A DNA stretch of 64,000 bases from Candidatus Latescibacterota bacterium (GTDB lineage: Bacteria; Latescibacterota; UBA2968), in contig OZ241986.1 in assembly GCA_965204375.1 (NCBI GenBank), positions 352,001 through 416,000 of the forward strand, read 5' to 3'. The position numbers were made by a program, and so were the translations under genes. This document shows, in pieces, positions 28,776 through 38,354 of this stretch; position 1 is the stretch's first letter; each line of letters begins with the position of its first letter. The notes beneath the pieces are model-generated. The model was not told the DNA's origin, searched no databases, and was given only the letters and a program-made list of their open reading frames with translations.

Positions 28776-29988
28776 TTTGAAAAACTTCCTTTGGAAAAAA
28801 TAAAGGAGATGGAAGAACACTGTAAATGTCAGAAATGACATCTTGAATTTCGGGTTTTATTCCGTCTTCAGCTTGTGAAATAGACGCTTTTAGATGCTTA
28901 CGTGCTATCTCTCTCGCTTCAATTTCTTCGGGCGGATTTCGATCTTTTTTGGCAACAATAATATCCTCTTTAATTTTAGCACCAAATCTATTGATAAAAT
29001 GTCTTTCGTAAGTTGCAATATCACAGAAGCCACCTGCTTTCAACATAAGGTCCTTTATGATTAAACCATTGTAAAATGGCACACGTCGTACACGAGATTC
29101 GCGTCCTACGACTAATACGATTATTCCATTTTTTTCTAATGTGTGCCAAAAACTCTGAAGGCTTCGATTCATTTCTAGGCAATATTGTACGACGGTTCTA
29201 AATCGATTGCTTCGATTCTTCCTATTGGAACCAATTTCACTGTGTGCAACTTTTAAGAGATCCCAACCGAGGGTTTCCATCACAGCCCTGTGATTCTGGT
29301 GATAGTTAAATACGTTGATATAAGGCGGGCTGGTTAAAATCAAATTGGCTTTAGATAGTGAATTTTTAGATAAGTATCTTGCATCCCCTAAAAATGCCCG
29401 TATAGGTGCGTCTGTAAATGGTAGACTCAGTGTCGCCTGCTTAATAAAGTTAAAAGACGACATAATGGCCGAATTTAAGTCCTTGTGTTTTCTATTTTCA
29501 GCAGAAAAAATGACATTTAAGGCAATTACCATTTCATCCTTATTTGAGGTCGAAGAGATCAACTCTTTTGAAAAGTCAATCAAATTAGCAAAGCGGATTC
29601 TATATTCGCGACTACAATTTTTGAAAAGTGGCAGACCTCCAAAAGTGTGAAGTAGATCGTGAATTTTCTTCTGTAAGTCACTGATTATCACTTCGCGGTC
29701 TTTGATACATTTATTTGACAAAGAGAAAAATTTTGACATTGCATAAGCTGCTGGATTGATTTCATAGCCATATCCGCTTAGGCCCTTGCGTGCGCAGGCT
29801 TGAAGTACCGTTCCACTACCCGAAAAAGGATCAATTACGGTGAATCCCTTTCTTGAGAATCTATCTATAATATAATCAACAAATTGAGGCGTAAATTGTC
29901 CACGCCAAGTAAATAAATTCGCCCGTTGTTTTTCTTTTACATTCAGTTTATCTTGTTCTAAAATAATTTTACTTTTTGTATTTCCCAT
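28756..29988 (-). CDS. Amino-DNA methyltransferase, probably N4-cytosine
   Basis: Motif I DPFSGSGT precedes catalytic TSPPY; AT-rich. Confidence 0.88.
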   Translation of the reverse strand: MGNTKSKIILEQDKLNVKEKQRANLFTWRGQFTPQFVDYIIDRFSRKGFTVIDPFSGSGTVLQACARKGLSGYGYEINPAAYAMSKFFSLSNKCIKDREVIISDLQKKIHDLLHTFGGLPLFKNCSREYRIRFANLIDFSKELISSTSNKDEMVIALNVIFSAENRKHKDLNSAIMSSFNFIKQATLSLPFTDAPIRAFLGDARYLSKNSLSKANLILTSPPYINVFNYHQNHRAVMETLGWDLLKVAHSEIGSNRKNRSNRFRTVVQYCLEMNRSLQSFWHTLEKNGIIVLVVGRESRVRRVPFYNGLIIKDLMLKAGGFCDIATYERHFINRFGAKIKEDIIVAKKDRNPPEEIEAREIARKHLKASISQAEDGIKPEIQDVISDIYSVLPSPLFFPKEVFQNGKNTP

Positions 29989-30087
29989 CTTCTTCTCCTA
30001 TGCTTTGCGTAGTATATGGAAATCACGAACAAATATAGTATCCATTTGTTTACCGAGCAAGGGAGAATTTGTTCCTAAATATATTTC

Positions 30088-30696
30088 TTGGTGCGCCTTA
30101 TGGTGAATGATATTAGAGACCTTGCGATAAAGTTCTTTTCTGAGCAATTCCAAGATGCTCAGACTGTGGAAAACGAACGAGGTCTGCAACTTGAATTAGG
30201 CCTGATGTTCCGCTCACGCGGCTTTGATGTTCGTTTTGAAGTGTCCTGCGCCTTACCAAGCCACGTTCAACAGACAAAACGACAAAAACGAAACATTGAC
30301 CTTCTTGTAACGGATGGGACTATGCATCTGGCCATTGAGCTAAAGGTTCCGCTCTCGGGTCGAGTTCCAGAGACAATGTACGATTTCTTCGCGGATGTAG
30401 CCTTTGTCGAGGCGGTAGTTGATTCTGGTATGGCGGACGAAGGTCTCTGCATCTTGCTCACTAGTGATCAGCATTTTTGGTCGGGCAGAGAGACTGACGG
30501 TATCTATAGTCCATTGCGCGTGCCAGGATGTCCGCTCCAGGGAGAATATGAGAAGCCGACTGGCGAACTCAAAACAACCGTCTTTGTCTCCCGGGAATAC
30601 TACCTTTCATGGTTTAACTTAGGCAATCGCCACTTGCTTTCCGACACCGGGAAGTTTGTCGTGGTGGAGGTCGAGAACGATATATCTAATATCTGA
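30088..30696 (+). CDS. Hypothetical protein, putative PD-(D/E)XK nuclease fold
   Basis: NERGLQLELG...VRFE...IDLLV....HLAIELK gives an E...D...ExK arrangement. The start may be ATG 30100. Confidence 0.65.
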   Translation: MVRLMVNDIRDLAIKFFSEQFQDAQTVENERGLQLELGLMFRSRGFDVRFEVSCALPSHVQQTKRQKRNIDLLVTDGTMHLAIELKVPLSGRVPETMYDFFADVAFVEAVVDSGMADEGLCILLTSDQHFWSGRETDGIYSPLRVPGCPLQGEYEKPTGELKTTVFVSREYYLSWFNLGNRHLLSDTGKFVVVEVENDISNI

Positions 30697-30780
30697 CAAA
30701 GAGAGCAAAATAGCGGCTCTTAGTAGGACCTTGTTTAATCAATTGAGTAAGAAAAAACGATAATATGTAGGAGGGCTGTA

Positions 30781-31824
30781 GTGCAAAACGATGTGTCTTT
30801 ATCTTATTCGAAAAGTGGCGTCAATATTGATGAAACTGATGCTGTTAAACGAGATATGGCTTCAAATATTGGGCGCGGCGATTCGAGAGTGCTCAATAAA
30901 TTGGGGGCTTTTGGAAGTCTGGTCGATGGTCGTTTTGAGGGGTATGAGCATCCCATTCTCGTGCTAAAAACCGAGGAGCCTGGTTCAAAGCAAAAGTTGG
31001 CATTTGAACACGGAAGCGTCACGTCTATTGCCTATGATCTGGTCAATCATTTGATCAATGATATTATCGTTATGGGCGCTGATCCTTTTTATGTGCAAGA
31101 TTGTATCGTTTGCGGGAAACTCGATCCTCCTGTTGTCAAAGCACTTGTCGGTGGGATTGCCGATGCTTGCGAGGCACAGGGATGTACACTGACTGGTGGA
31201 GAAACTTCTGTTCAGCCAGGGGTTGTCGAAGATGGGGTGTATATTTTAAGTGCTTCGGCTATTGGGGTTGTCGATAGGAACAATATTATTGATGGCTCTG
31301 AGATAGAGGCGGGGGACGCGATTCTCGCGCTTGCATCTAATGGACTGCATACCAATGGCTATACGCTTGTCAGGGCATTGTTGAAGAATAAGCCTGAGTT
31401 GAAAGATCGGGATATTCAGGGGGTGTCCTTTCTCGATGTGATTTTGCGTCCACACCAGTGTTATTATCGACCTCTGAAGGATCTGTTTGAGGACGAGGGA
31501 TTGAAAGGGATGGCGCATATTACCGGTGGCGGTATTCAGGATAATTTATCCCGCATTCTTCCCGAGGGATGTCAGGCTGTGATTGATCTTTCATCACTTC
31601 AAGTTCTCCCTATCTTCGAAACGATTCGCGCAGAGGGTCTGGTTCCAGAAGACGATATGCTGAGAACTTTTAATATGGGTGTGGGGATGACGCTTGTGTG
31701 CGCCCAAAATTCTGCGGCGAGGATCAACGCACATCTGCAAAGTGCGGGATGCCAGGCGTATCCAATTGGGCGTATTGCCAAAGGGGAGAAAGGCGTTGCG
31801 TTCACTGGAAAAATCAGGTGGTGA
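30781..31824 (+). CDS. purM: Phosphoribosylformylglycinamidine cyclo-ligase
   Basis: Y..SGVNID, GGET, LASNGLHTNGY, MAHITGGG and RTFNMGVG motifs. Confidence 0.93.
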   Translation: MQNDVSLSYSKSGVNIDETDAVKRDMASNIGRGDSRVLNKLGAFGSLVDGRFEGYEHPILVLKTEEPGSKQKLAFEHGSVTSIAYDLVNHLINDIIVMGADPFYVQDCIVCGKLDPPVVKALVGGIADACEAQGCTLTGGETSVQPGVVEDGVYILSASAIGVVDRNNIIDGSEIEAGDAILALASNGLHTNGYTLVRALLKNKPELKDRDIQGVSFLDVILRPHQCYYRPLKDLFEDEGLKGMAHITGGGIQDNLSRILPEGCQAVIDLSSLQVLPIFETIRAEGLVPEDDMLRTFNMGVGMTLVCAQNSAARINAHLQSAGCQAYPIGRIAKGEKGVAFTGKIRW

Positions 31825-31864
31825 GAGGATGAGATAGTGGAATAATTGAGAAAGGATATAAATC

Positions 31865-32713
31865 ATGGACACACCATATCGCACCATCGACGTGAAACCT
31901 CTATCTGGAGCACTCGGCGCTGAAATTGAAGGCGTTGACATTGCGTCGGAGACCGGTGAGGAACAATTCGCTGAAATCTATCGGGCCTTTGCAGATTACA
32001 GCGTGATTCTCTTTCGCAATCAGTCCCTCACACAGGAACAACACATTGCATTTGCCCGACGCTGGGGAGATATCAATGTCAACCGATTTTTTACGGGCGT
32101 AGCGGAAAATCCCCTCATCGCCGAGGTACGAAAAGAACCCGATCAGGAAACCAATATTGGGCGCAACTGGCATACCGATCATTCTTACGATACCATTCCC
32201 GCACTCGGCTCGATTCTTTACGCACGCGAAGTTCCCGAGTTTGGTGGTGATACGATGTTTTCCAGTATGTACAGAGCGTATGAAACCCTCTCGCCGGGGT
32301 TGCGGAAAACGCTCGAAAACTTAAATGCCCTGCATTCCAGCCGACATGTTTTTGGAGCGATGAACGGCAGAAAGCCCGATAAAAGCGGTCGTATTGGCAA
32401 TCCCGAACTCGCCACCCAGGATGCTGTCCATCCCATAATCATAAGGCACCCTATCTCAGGTCGCAAAGCACTTTACGTAAATCCCGTGTTCACCGTTCAA
32501 ATTGAGGGATGGAAAAAAGAAGAATCCCAATCTTTGCTTCAGTATTTGTACCAGCACGCTTCCCAACCGGATTTTACATGCCGCATCCGCTGGAAAAAAG
32601 ATACGCTCGCTATTTGGGACAACCGCGCGACCTGGCATTGCGCGCTCAATGATTATCAGGGACAGCGACGCCTCATGCACCGCATCACGATTGAAGGTGT
32701 GCCGTTGAATTAA
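31865..32713 (+). CDS. TauD/TfdA family Fe(II)/2-oxoglutarate dioxygenase
   Basis: LGAEIEGVD, WHTD, GGDT and WDNRATWH...R motifs. Confidence 0.93.
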   Translation: MDTPYRTIDVKPLSGALGAEIEGVDIASETGEEQFAEIYRAFADYSVILFRNQSLTQEQHIAFARRWGDINVNRFFTGVAENPLIAEVRKEPDQETNIGRNWHTDHSYDTIPALGSILYAREVPEFGGDTMFSSMYRAYETLSPGLRKTLENLNALHSSRHVFGAMNGRKPDKSGRIGNPELATQDAVHPIIIRHPISGRKALYVNPVFTVQIEGWKKEESQSLLQYLYQHASQPDFTCRIRWKKDTLAIWDNRATWHCALNDYQGQRRLMHRITIEGVPLN

Positions 32714-32732
32714 AAATTAGGAGAACCCATCG

Positions 32733-33653
32733 ATGGCATCCGTAACCTTTAAAGGCGTCTTTCCCATCCTGGTCACCCCATTCGATGACCATGGCAACCT
32801 CGATCTGGAATCTTTTGATCGAACGGTACGCTTTATGACGGATATCGGTGTAAATGGCGTTACCATCATTGGAGTACTCGGTGAATCCAACCGAATGCTG
32901 GATACCGAACGGGAACAGCTTATTAAAACCGCTGTGGGTGCTGCGGAAGGGCGCATTCCCGTTATTGTGGGTACGAGCTACAGCGGCACGGAGGCGACCC
33001 TTGAACTCAGCCGGATGGCCGAATCTCTCGGCGCTGCCGGTGTGATGGTCACCCCCTCGCGCGAATCCGTGCCCAATGAAGACCGCATCTTCGAATTTTT
33101 CCAGCAGGTGGCCGAAGGCATCTCCATTCCCATCGTTGTACAGGACCACCCCGCCTCCGCCCAGGTCCACATGTCCGTCTCTCTCATCCTGCGCCTCGTC
33201 CGCGAAATTCCGCTCGTCGCCTGCATCAAAGAAGAGGCCGTGCCCACACCGCCCAAGATCACTGCCCTTTTGAACGGCATTGGTGACCGCGCGGTCACCA
33301 TCCTTACCGGCCTCGGCGCTCTCTACGGCGCTTTTGATCTGGCCCGCGGCGCACACGGTTTTATGACCGGCTTTGCCTTTCCCGAAGTTCTGCTCGCTCT
33401 GGTCCGGGGCGCTGAAAATAAAGACTTTGACACCGTACACGATATCTATCACCGATACCTGCCGCTCATCGTGTACGAACAGCAGCCAGGGGTGGCTCTC
33501 CGCAAAGAGATTTTCCGCCAGCGCGGCCTGATCGCCAGCAGCTACGTGCGCCATCCCGGCGCAAATATTGACCCAATCACTGCCGACCACTTGAAATCAC
33601 TATTGCACAAAATGCTGCCCGGTGTAGATATTACGAGACCTATTGAAGTGTGA
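32733..33653 (+). CDS. DapA/NAL-family aldolase/dehydratase, copy 1
   Basis: PILVTPF, GVLGE, IPVIVG and Schiff-base IKEE motifs. Confidence 0.9.
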   Translation: MASVTFKGVFPILVTPFDDHGNLDLESFDRTVRFMTDIGVNGVTIIGVLGESNRMLDTEREQLIKTAVGAAEGRIPVIVGTSYSGTEATLELSRMAESLGAAGVMVTPSRESVPNEDRIFEFFQQVAEGISIPIVVQDHPASAQVHMSVSLILRLVREIPLVACIKEEAVPTPPKITALLNGIGDRAVTILTGLGALYGAFDLARGAHGFMTGFAFPEVLLALVRGAENKDFDTVHDIYHRYLPLIVYEQQPGVALRKEIFRQRGLIASSYVRHPGANIDPITADHLKSLLHKMLPGVDITRPIEV

Positions 33654-33688
33654 ATGGCAGGATTTAGGCTTTAGAAGAGGATTCGATC

Positions 33689-34903
33689 ATGAAAATCATC
33701 GACATCGACATCATCCCCATCTACCCCAAAATCGCCGACCGAAATGCCGATCAGAAAGCCCGGTTTTTCAACATAAACCATCGTACCATTTTTAAAATTA
33801 CGACTGACAATGGCATTGTCGGCTATGGCGATGCACGCTGCGAGGCCCCTCTCGAATCCACTGTAAAACACCTGATCGACCGCGATCCTTTTGACTTTAT
33901 CAACGCCGATCTCAACAGCGGCCTGATGGGCGCGCTCTACGATACCATGGGCAAATACCTTGAAATTCCCGCGTACAAACTCATGGGTCAGAAAATACGC
34001 GACCGCGTACCCGTAGCTGCCTGGACCCGCCCGGCCTCCCCGGAAGACCTGGCCAAAGAGGTTCAGCGAGCCGTAGAAGAAGGGTATATGATCTTTAAAA
34101 TCCACACCTGCGCCTATTACGATGTGTACGAACAAACCAGAGCCGTTGAGGAGGTTGCCCCGCCCGGTTTCAAAATGCACTACGACTTCAATCACAACCG
34201 GCCGCTTGCCGCTGTCCTGCGCATCTTGCAGGAGCTGGAGAAGTCCCCCGTCGTAGGTATGATCGAAGATCCTTTGGTCTTATCCGATGTCGAAGGCTGG
34301 CGCCTTCTGAGGGAAAAAACCAGTTTGCCGCTGCTCATGCATGTTCCTCAACTCGGCGGTGGTCAGGAGATTATTCGCGGTTGCGCCGATGCCTACATGA
34401 TCGGCGAAGGCGGCATTGGCCCTACCCTCGTGCGTGGATTTGCTGCTGCCCTGGCCAATGTCTCCTCTGTCATCCAGCTCACAGGTGGTACCCTCACCAA
34501 AGCCATGGCTCTGCATATGGGTGCTGTAATTCCCAACGTGGCTCATTCCACCAACCTGGACGACCAGTACGGTGAAGACGTTGTCAAACAGCGCATCGAA
34601 GTCGCAGGCGGTTCCTCTCCGGTACCCAAAAGCCCCGGCCTCGGTGTAGAAGTCGACGAAGACGCGCTGACCAGATGCGCCGCCAACAAACCCACTGTTA
34701 TTCCTCTCACTATTGGCATCCTGCATCTACCCGGCGGTCACAAGCTCTATACCAGAGGATTCCCGAACGTTGCCCGCCTCACTGGTTTTCCCGAAGGCAA
34801 CATCCGGGGCATTCGTCTGGATGTTTGGGAAGACGACGGTTCCGACAAGTTCAAACAAATCCTGCAACGCATCGAACAGCAGGGCCCGTTTATGGAAAAA
34901 TAG
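33689..34903 (+). CDS. Mandelate racemase/muconate lactonizing (enolase superfamily) protein
   Basis: ITTDNGIVGYG, ALYD..GK....P.YKLMG, FKIH, DFN, IEDP and PGLGVEVD motifs. Confidence 0.88.
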   Translation: MKIIDIDIIPIYPKIADRNADQKARFFNINHRTIFKITTDNGIVGYGDARCEAPLESTVKHLIDRDPFDFINADLNSGLMGALYDTMGKYLEIPAYKLMGQKIRDRVPVAAWTRPASPEDLAKEVQRAVEEGYMIFKIHTCAYYDVYEQTRAVEEVAPPGFKMHYDFNHNRPLAAVLRILQELEKSPVVGMIEDPLVLSDVEGWRLLREKTSLPLLMHVPQLGGGQEIIRGCADAYMIGEGGIGPTLVRGFAAALANVSSVIQLTGGTLTKAMALHMGAVIPNVAHSTNLDDQYGEDVVKQRIEVAGGSSPVPKSPGLGVEVDEDALTRCAANKPTVIPLTIGILHLPGGHKLYTRGFPNVARLTGFPEGNIRGIRLDVWEDDGSDKFKQILQRIEQQGPFMEK

Positions 34904-34947
34904 ATGTTCCGTGTGGTGGTTTTAACCTTTCTATCAAGTCTCTTATT

Positions 34948-35706
34948 ATGCACACCAGCACCCTATTAGTCTCTCGGGACTTTGAATACTGGCAATCTGG
35001 CGAAAACGGCCTCACTCGTGTCGATTTTGAGACCTTCTGTCCGGACTACCACGAATTGGACCGTACGGGTGTCATCTCTCCCCATCTCGAAGACGGCATA
35101 CTGCACACCGGGTATGCGCTTCTGGCACTGACCACCGCCTTTTACGATATCTGGCGCGCACGCACAGATGATTTTTTTATTTATCCCCAGCACTTTGCTA
35201 TCCTGGACATCACCAGAGCAGGCGTCAATACGGGATGCGGACGCCTGCCGCTTGAGAAAAGTACGCTGGGCGGTCCCTGGAGCAATTTAGACGTCTGGCC
35301 CGACTCAAAATGGATTCCCGCCCACGGCAGCGTTTCCGGCATGCTCAAGAAAGCGTTTGACCTCCAGATCAACCGCCTGTTCTGGCCCGAAACCTTTCGC
35401 CCAAACCGCAAAGAAAAATCTCTACCTGCTTACGCGGTCAAAATGCTCCGTACCCACCTGAAAGCTGTCTATTATTACAACACCTCCGAACCCAATATCG
35501 AAATCCATACCGCTCAAAACGTTCAAGATCTCCTTCAGACGAGTCTCAACAGACTGTCGGACATAGATGGTCTATCAATACAAAACTTTCTTCAACGACA
35601 TGTTCTCGAAAACCCACAGACCGATCATCGTTATGTCGAACAGTATCGCAAAGTAGATCTGGATCATTTTCTCAACGACATGGCGGATTGCTTTGAAAAT
35701 GTCTGA
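34948..35706 (+). CDS. Hypothetical protein (about 252 aa)
   Basis: Long ORF filling the operon gap with host-like codon usage; no family recognised. Start taken at ATG 34948. Confidence 0.7.
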   Translation: MHTSTLLVSRDFEYWQSGENGLTRVDFETFCPDYHELDRTGVISPHLEDGILHTGYALLALTTAFYDIWRARTDDFFIYPQHFAILDITRAGVNTGCGRLPLEKSTLGGPWSNLDVWPDSKWIPAHGSVSGMLKKAFDLQINRLFWPETFRPNRKEKSLPAYAVKMLRTHLKAVYYYNTSEPNIEIHTAQNVQDLLQTSLNRLSDIDGLSIQNFLQRHVLENPQTDHRYVEQYRKVDLDHFLNDMADCFENV

Positions 35707-35742
35707 TTGAGCCTCTCATAATTATATCTTGCGGAGAATCTT

Positions 35743-37104
35743 TTGGCTAACGGTCAACTCTTACACCTGCTAACCGCCCGCGCCGAGTCTAAAAATCCCC
35801 TTCGCGTGGGCCTTATCGGTGCTGGAAAGTTCGGCACCATGTTCCTGGCTCAAGCCCGTCGCGTTGCGGGGTTGCACGTTCTGGGTGTGGCTGATCTATC
35901 CCTGAATCGGGCGCGTGAAGCCCTCACGCGTGCTGAGTGGCCGCCCGAACAATTTGCCGCAACCCACTTTGATCACGCCCTCAAAACCGGCGCCACCCAT
36001 CTTACCGATGACAGCGATGCCCTCATCCAGGCGGACGGTCTGGACGTTCTGGTCGAAGCCACGGGCAATCCTCTCGCAGGCATCCACCACGCCCTTCAAG
36101 CCATCGAATACGGACGCCACCTGGTCATGGTAAATGTGGAAGCAGACGTCCTGGTCGGTCCCATCCTGGCCCAACGTGCAGCATCTGCAGGCCTCGTGTA
36201 CTCCCTCGCCTATGGCGACCAACCCGCTCTGATCTGTGAACTGGTGGAATGGGCTAAGACCAATGGCTTGGACATTGTCTGCGCCGGCAAAGGCACCAAA
36301 TACCGGCCCGCGTACCACACATCTACCCCTGATACTGTATGGGAACACTATGGTTTTGATGCTGAAACCGCTGCAAAAGGCGGTCTGAACCCCCGTATGT
36401 TCAACTCCTTTTTGGACGGTACAAAATCCGCCATTGAAATGGCCGCTGTCTCAAATGCCACTGGCCTGAATCCCCAGCCCGAAGGCCTGAAATTCCCGCC
36501 CTGCGGCATTGACCAGCTATCCGATATTTGCCGGCCTCATAGCGACGGGGGACAACTTTCCCACAAAGGAACCGTCGAAGTCGTCTCCAGCCTGCAACCA
36601 GACGGAACCCCTGTAGATCGGGATCTGCGCTGGGGTGTTTACGTCACCATCGAAGCCCCTGGCGACTACATCCGCCGCTGCTTCTCCGAATACGGCCTTC
36701 CCACTGATTCCACGGGACGTTACACGGCCATCTATCGCCCCTACCACCTGGTTGGCATGGAACTCACCACCAGTGTCTTGCGCGCTGGCTTGCGCGGCGA
36801 AGCCAGCGGCGCACCTGTTGTTTTTAATGCAGACGTTGTTGCCACTGCAAAACGCGATCTCTCCCAGGGAGAAGTCCTGGACGGCGAAGGCGGATATTGC
36901 GTGTACGGCAAACTCAGGCCGGCTGATCAAGCTCTTATGTCTAACACCCTGCCCATCGGTCTGGCTCACAATCTCAAGCTGAAACACAAAATCGCCGCGG
37001 GGCAACCCATACGCCAATCCGACGTTGAATTGGACGAAAACAACGCCATTCTCCGCCTCCGCCGGGAAATGGTACAACGCTTTGCGGAACCTCTGCGCCG
37101 TTAA
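35743..37104 (+). CDS. NAD(P)-dependent oxidoreductase, homoserine-dehydrogenase-like with C-terminal SAF domain (COG4091-type)
   Basis: GLIGAGKFG, MVNVEAD, YGDQPA, FNSFLDGTKSAIEM, YRPYHL and AKRDL..GE.LDGEGGY motifs. Confidence 0.9.
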   Translation: MANGQLLHLLTARAESKNPLRVGLIGAGKFGTMFLAQARRVAGLHVLGVADLSLNRAREALTRAEWPPEQFAATHFDHALKTGATHLTDDSDALIQADGLDVLVEATGNPLAGIHHALQAIEYGRHLVMVNVEADVLVGPILAQRAASAGLVYSLAYGDQPALICELVEWAKTNGLDIVCAGKGTKYRPAYHTSTPDTVWEHYGFDAETAAKGGLNPRMFNSFLDGTKSAIEMAAVSNATGLNPQPEGLKFPPCGIDQLSDICRPHSDGGQLSHKGTVEVVSSLQPDGTPVDRDLRWGVYVTIEAPGDYIRRCFSEYGLPTDSTGRYTAIYRPYHLVGMELTTSVLRAGLRGEASGAPVVFNADVVATAKRDLSQGEVLDGEGGYCVYGKLRPADQALMSNTLPIGLAHNLKLKHKIAAGQPIRQSDVELDENNAILRLRREMVQRFAEPLRR

Positions 37105-37132
37105 ATTAAAAATTAGGAAAGGGAGCAAAACA

Positions 37133-37453
37133 ATGAACAATGAACAATCGCTTTTGCCACCGAAAATTTCATTTTTTGAAAAACGATTGACAATAATTCT
37201 TGCTCGAGATGATGCGATGGTATGCGCTTTCTGTCCCGAATTGGATTTGGTGACTGAAATGGCAACGCCCGATGAAGCACTGGAAGATATGCTGGAAGCC
37301 ATGCAGGATTATGCTGAGGAATATTTAGAGGACTTAGAAATTTATCAAAACAGTCCCAATTGCGCCCATCATTTGCCTTATATCCAGGCGATTGCTGAGT
37401 GTAAAGATGTCTGGGATATAGGAGAACCCCTCGATGGCATCCATAACCTTTAA
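37133..37453 (+). CDS. HicB-like antitoxin-fold small protein, possibly C-terminally truncated
   Basis: AFCPELDLVTEMATPDEALEDMLEAMQDY is a HicB-type motif. The last codons are read from the dapA copy 2 leader. No hicA is nearby. Confidence 0.65.
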   Translation: MNNEQSLLPPKISFFEKRLTIILARDDAMVCAFCPELDLVTEMATPDEALEDMLEAMQDYAEEYLEDLEIYQNSPNCAHHLPYIQAIAECKDVWDIGEPLDGIHNL

Positions 37454-38354
37454 AGGTGTCTTTCCCATCCTCGTCACTCCATTTGATGACCATGGCAACC
37501 TCGATCTGGAATCCTTTGATCGAACGGTACGCTTTATGGCGGATATCGGTGTAAACGGCGTTACCATCATTGGTGTACTCGGTGAATCCAATCGAATGCT
37601 GGATACCGAACGGGAGCAGATTATTAAAACCGCTGTGGGTGCTGCAGGCGGGTGCATCCCCGTTATCGTGGGCACGAGCTACAGCGGCACACGGGCGACC
37701 CTTGAACTCAGCCAGATGGCCGAATCTCTCGGCGCCGCCGGTGTGATGGTCACTCCTTCGCGCGAATCCGTGCCCAACGAAGACCGCATCTTCGAATTTT
37801 TCCAGCAGGTGGCCGAAGGCATCTCCATTCCCATCGTCGTACAGGACCACCCCGCCTCCACCCAGGTTCACATGTCCGTCCCTCTCATCTTGCGTCTCAT
37901 CCGCGAAATTCCGCTCGTCGCCTGTATCAAAGAAGAGGCTGTGCCTACCCCGCCCAAGATTACCGCCCTTTTGAACGGCATTGGGGACCGTGAGGTCACC
38001 ATCCTCACTGGCCTCGGCGCTCTCTACGGTGCCTTTGACCTTGCCCGCGGCGCACACGGTTTTATGACCGGCTTTGCCTTTCCCGAAGTTCTGCTCGCCC
38101 TGGTTCGGTGCGCTCAAAATAAAGACTTTGACACCGTACACGATATCTATCACCGATACCTGCCGCTCATCGTGTACGAACAACAGCCGGGGGTGGCCAT
38201 CCGCAAAGAGATCTTCCGCCTGCGCGGCCTTATCGCCAGCAGCTACGTGCGCCATCCCGGCGCAAATATCGATCCAATCACTGCCGATCACTTGAAATCA
38301 CTCTTGCACAAAATGTTGCCCGGCGTGGATATTACGAGACCTATCGAGGTTTGA
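37434..38354 (+). CDS. DapA/NAL-family aldolase/dehydratase, copy 2
   Basis: 306 aa, with 15 substitutions relative to copy 1 by manual comparison. Confidence 0.9.
   Translation: MASITFKGVFPILVTPFDDHGNLDLESFDRTVRFMADIGVNGVTIIGVLGESNRMLDTEREQIIKTAVGAAGGCIPVIVGTSYSGTRATLELSQMAESLGAAGVMVTPSRESVPNEDRIFEFFQQVAEGISIPIVVQDHPASTQVHMSVPLILRLIREIPLVACIKEEAVPTPPKITALLNGIGDREVTILTGLGALYGAFDLARGAHGFMTGFAFPEVLLALVRCAQNKDFDTVHDIYHRYLPLIVYEQQPGVAIRKEIFRLRGLIASSYVRHPGANIDPITADHLKSLLHKMLPGVDITRPIEV

Noticed and set aside
27885-29988. Inferring the RM recognition site from site avoidance
   Set aside because: CCTNAGG (e.g. about 558) and GCTNAGC (e.g. about 21969 and 26164) both occur. No avoidance is evident by eye, and a recent acquisition would not show it.
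32685-38291. Long antisense ORFs 32685-33590 and 37113-38291, and similar shadows over lepA, thrB, purM and others
   Set aside because: They mirror well-supported sense genes through codon bias and have no recognisable motifs
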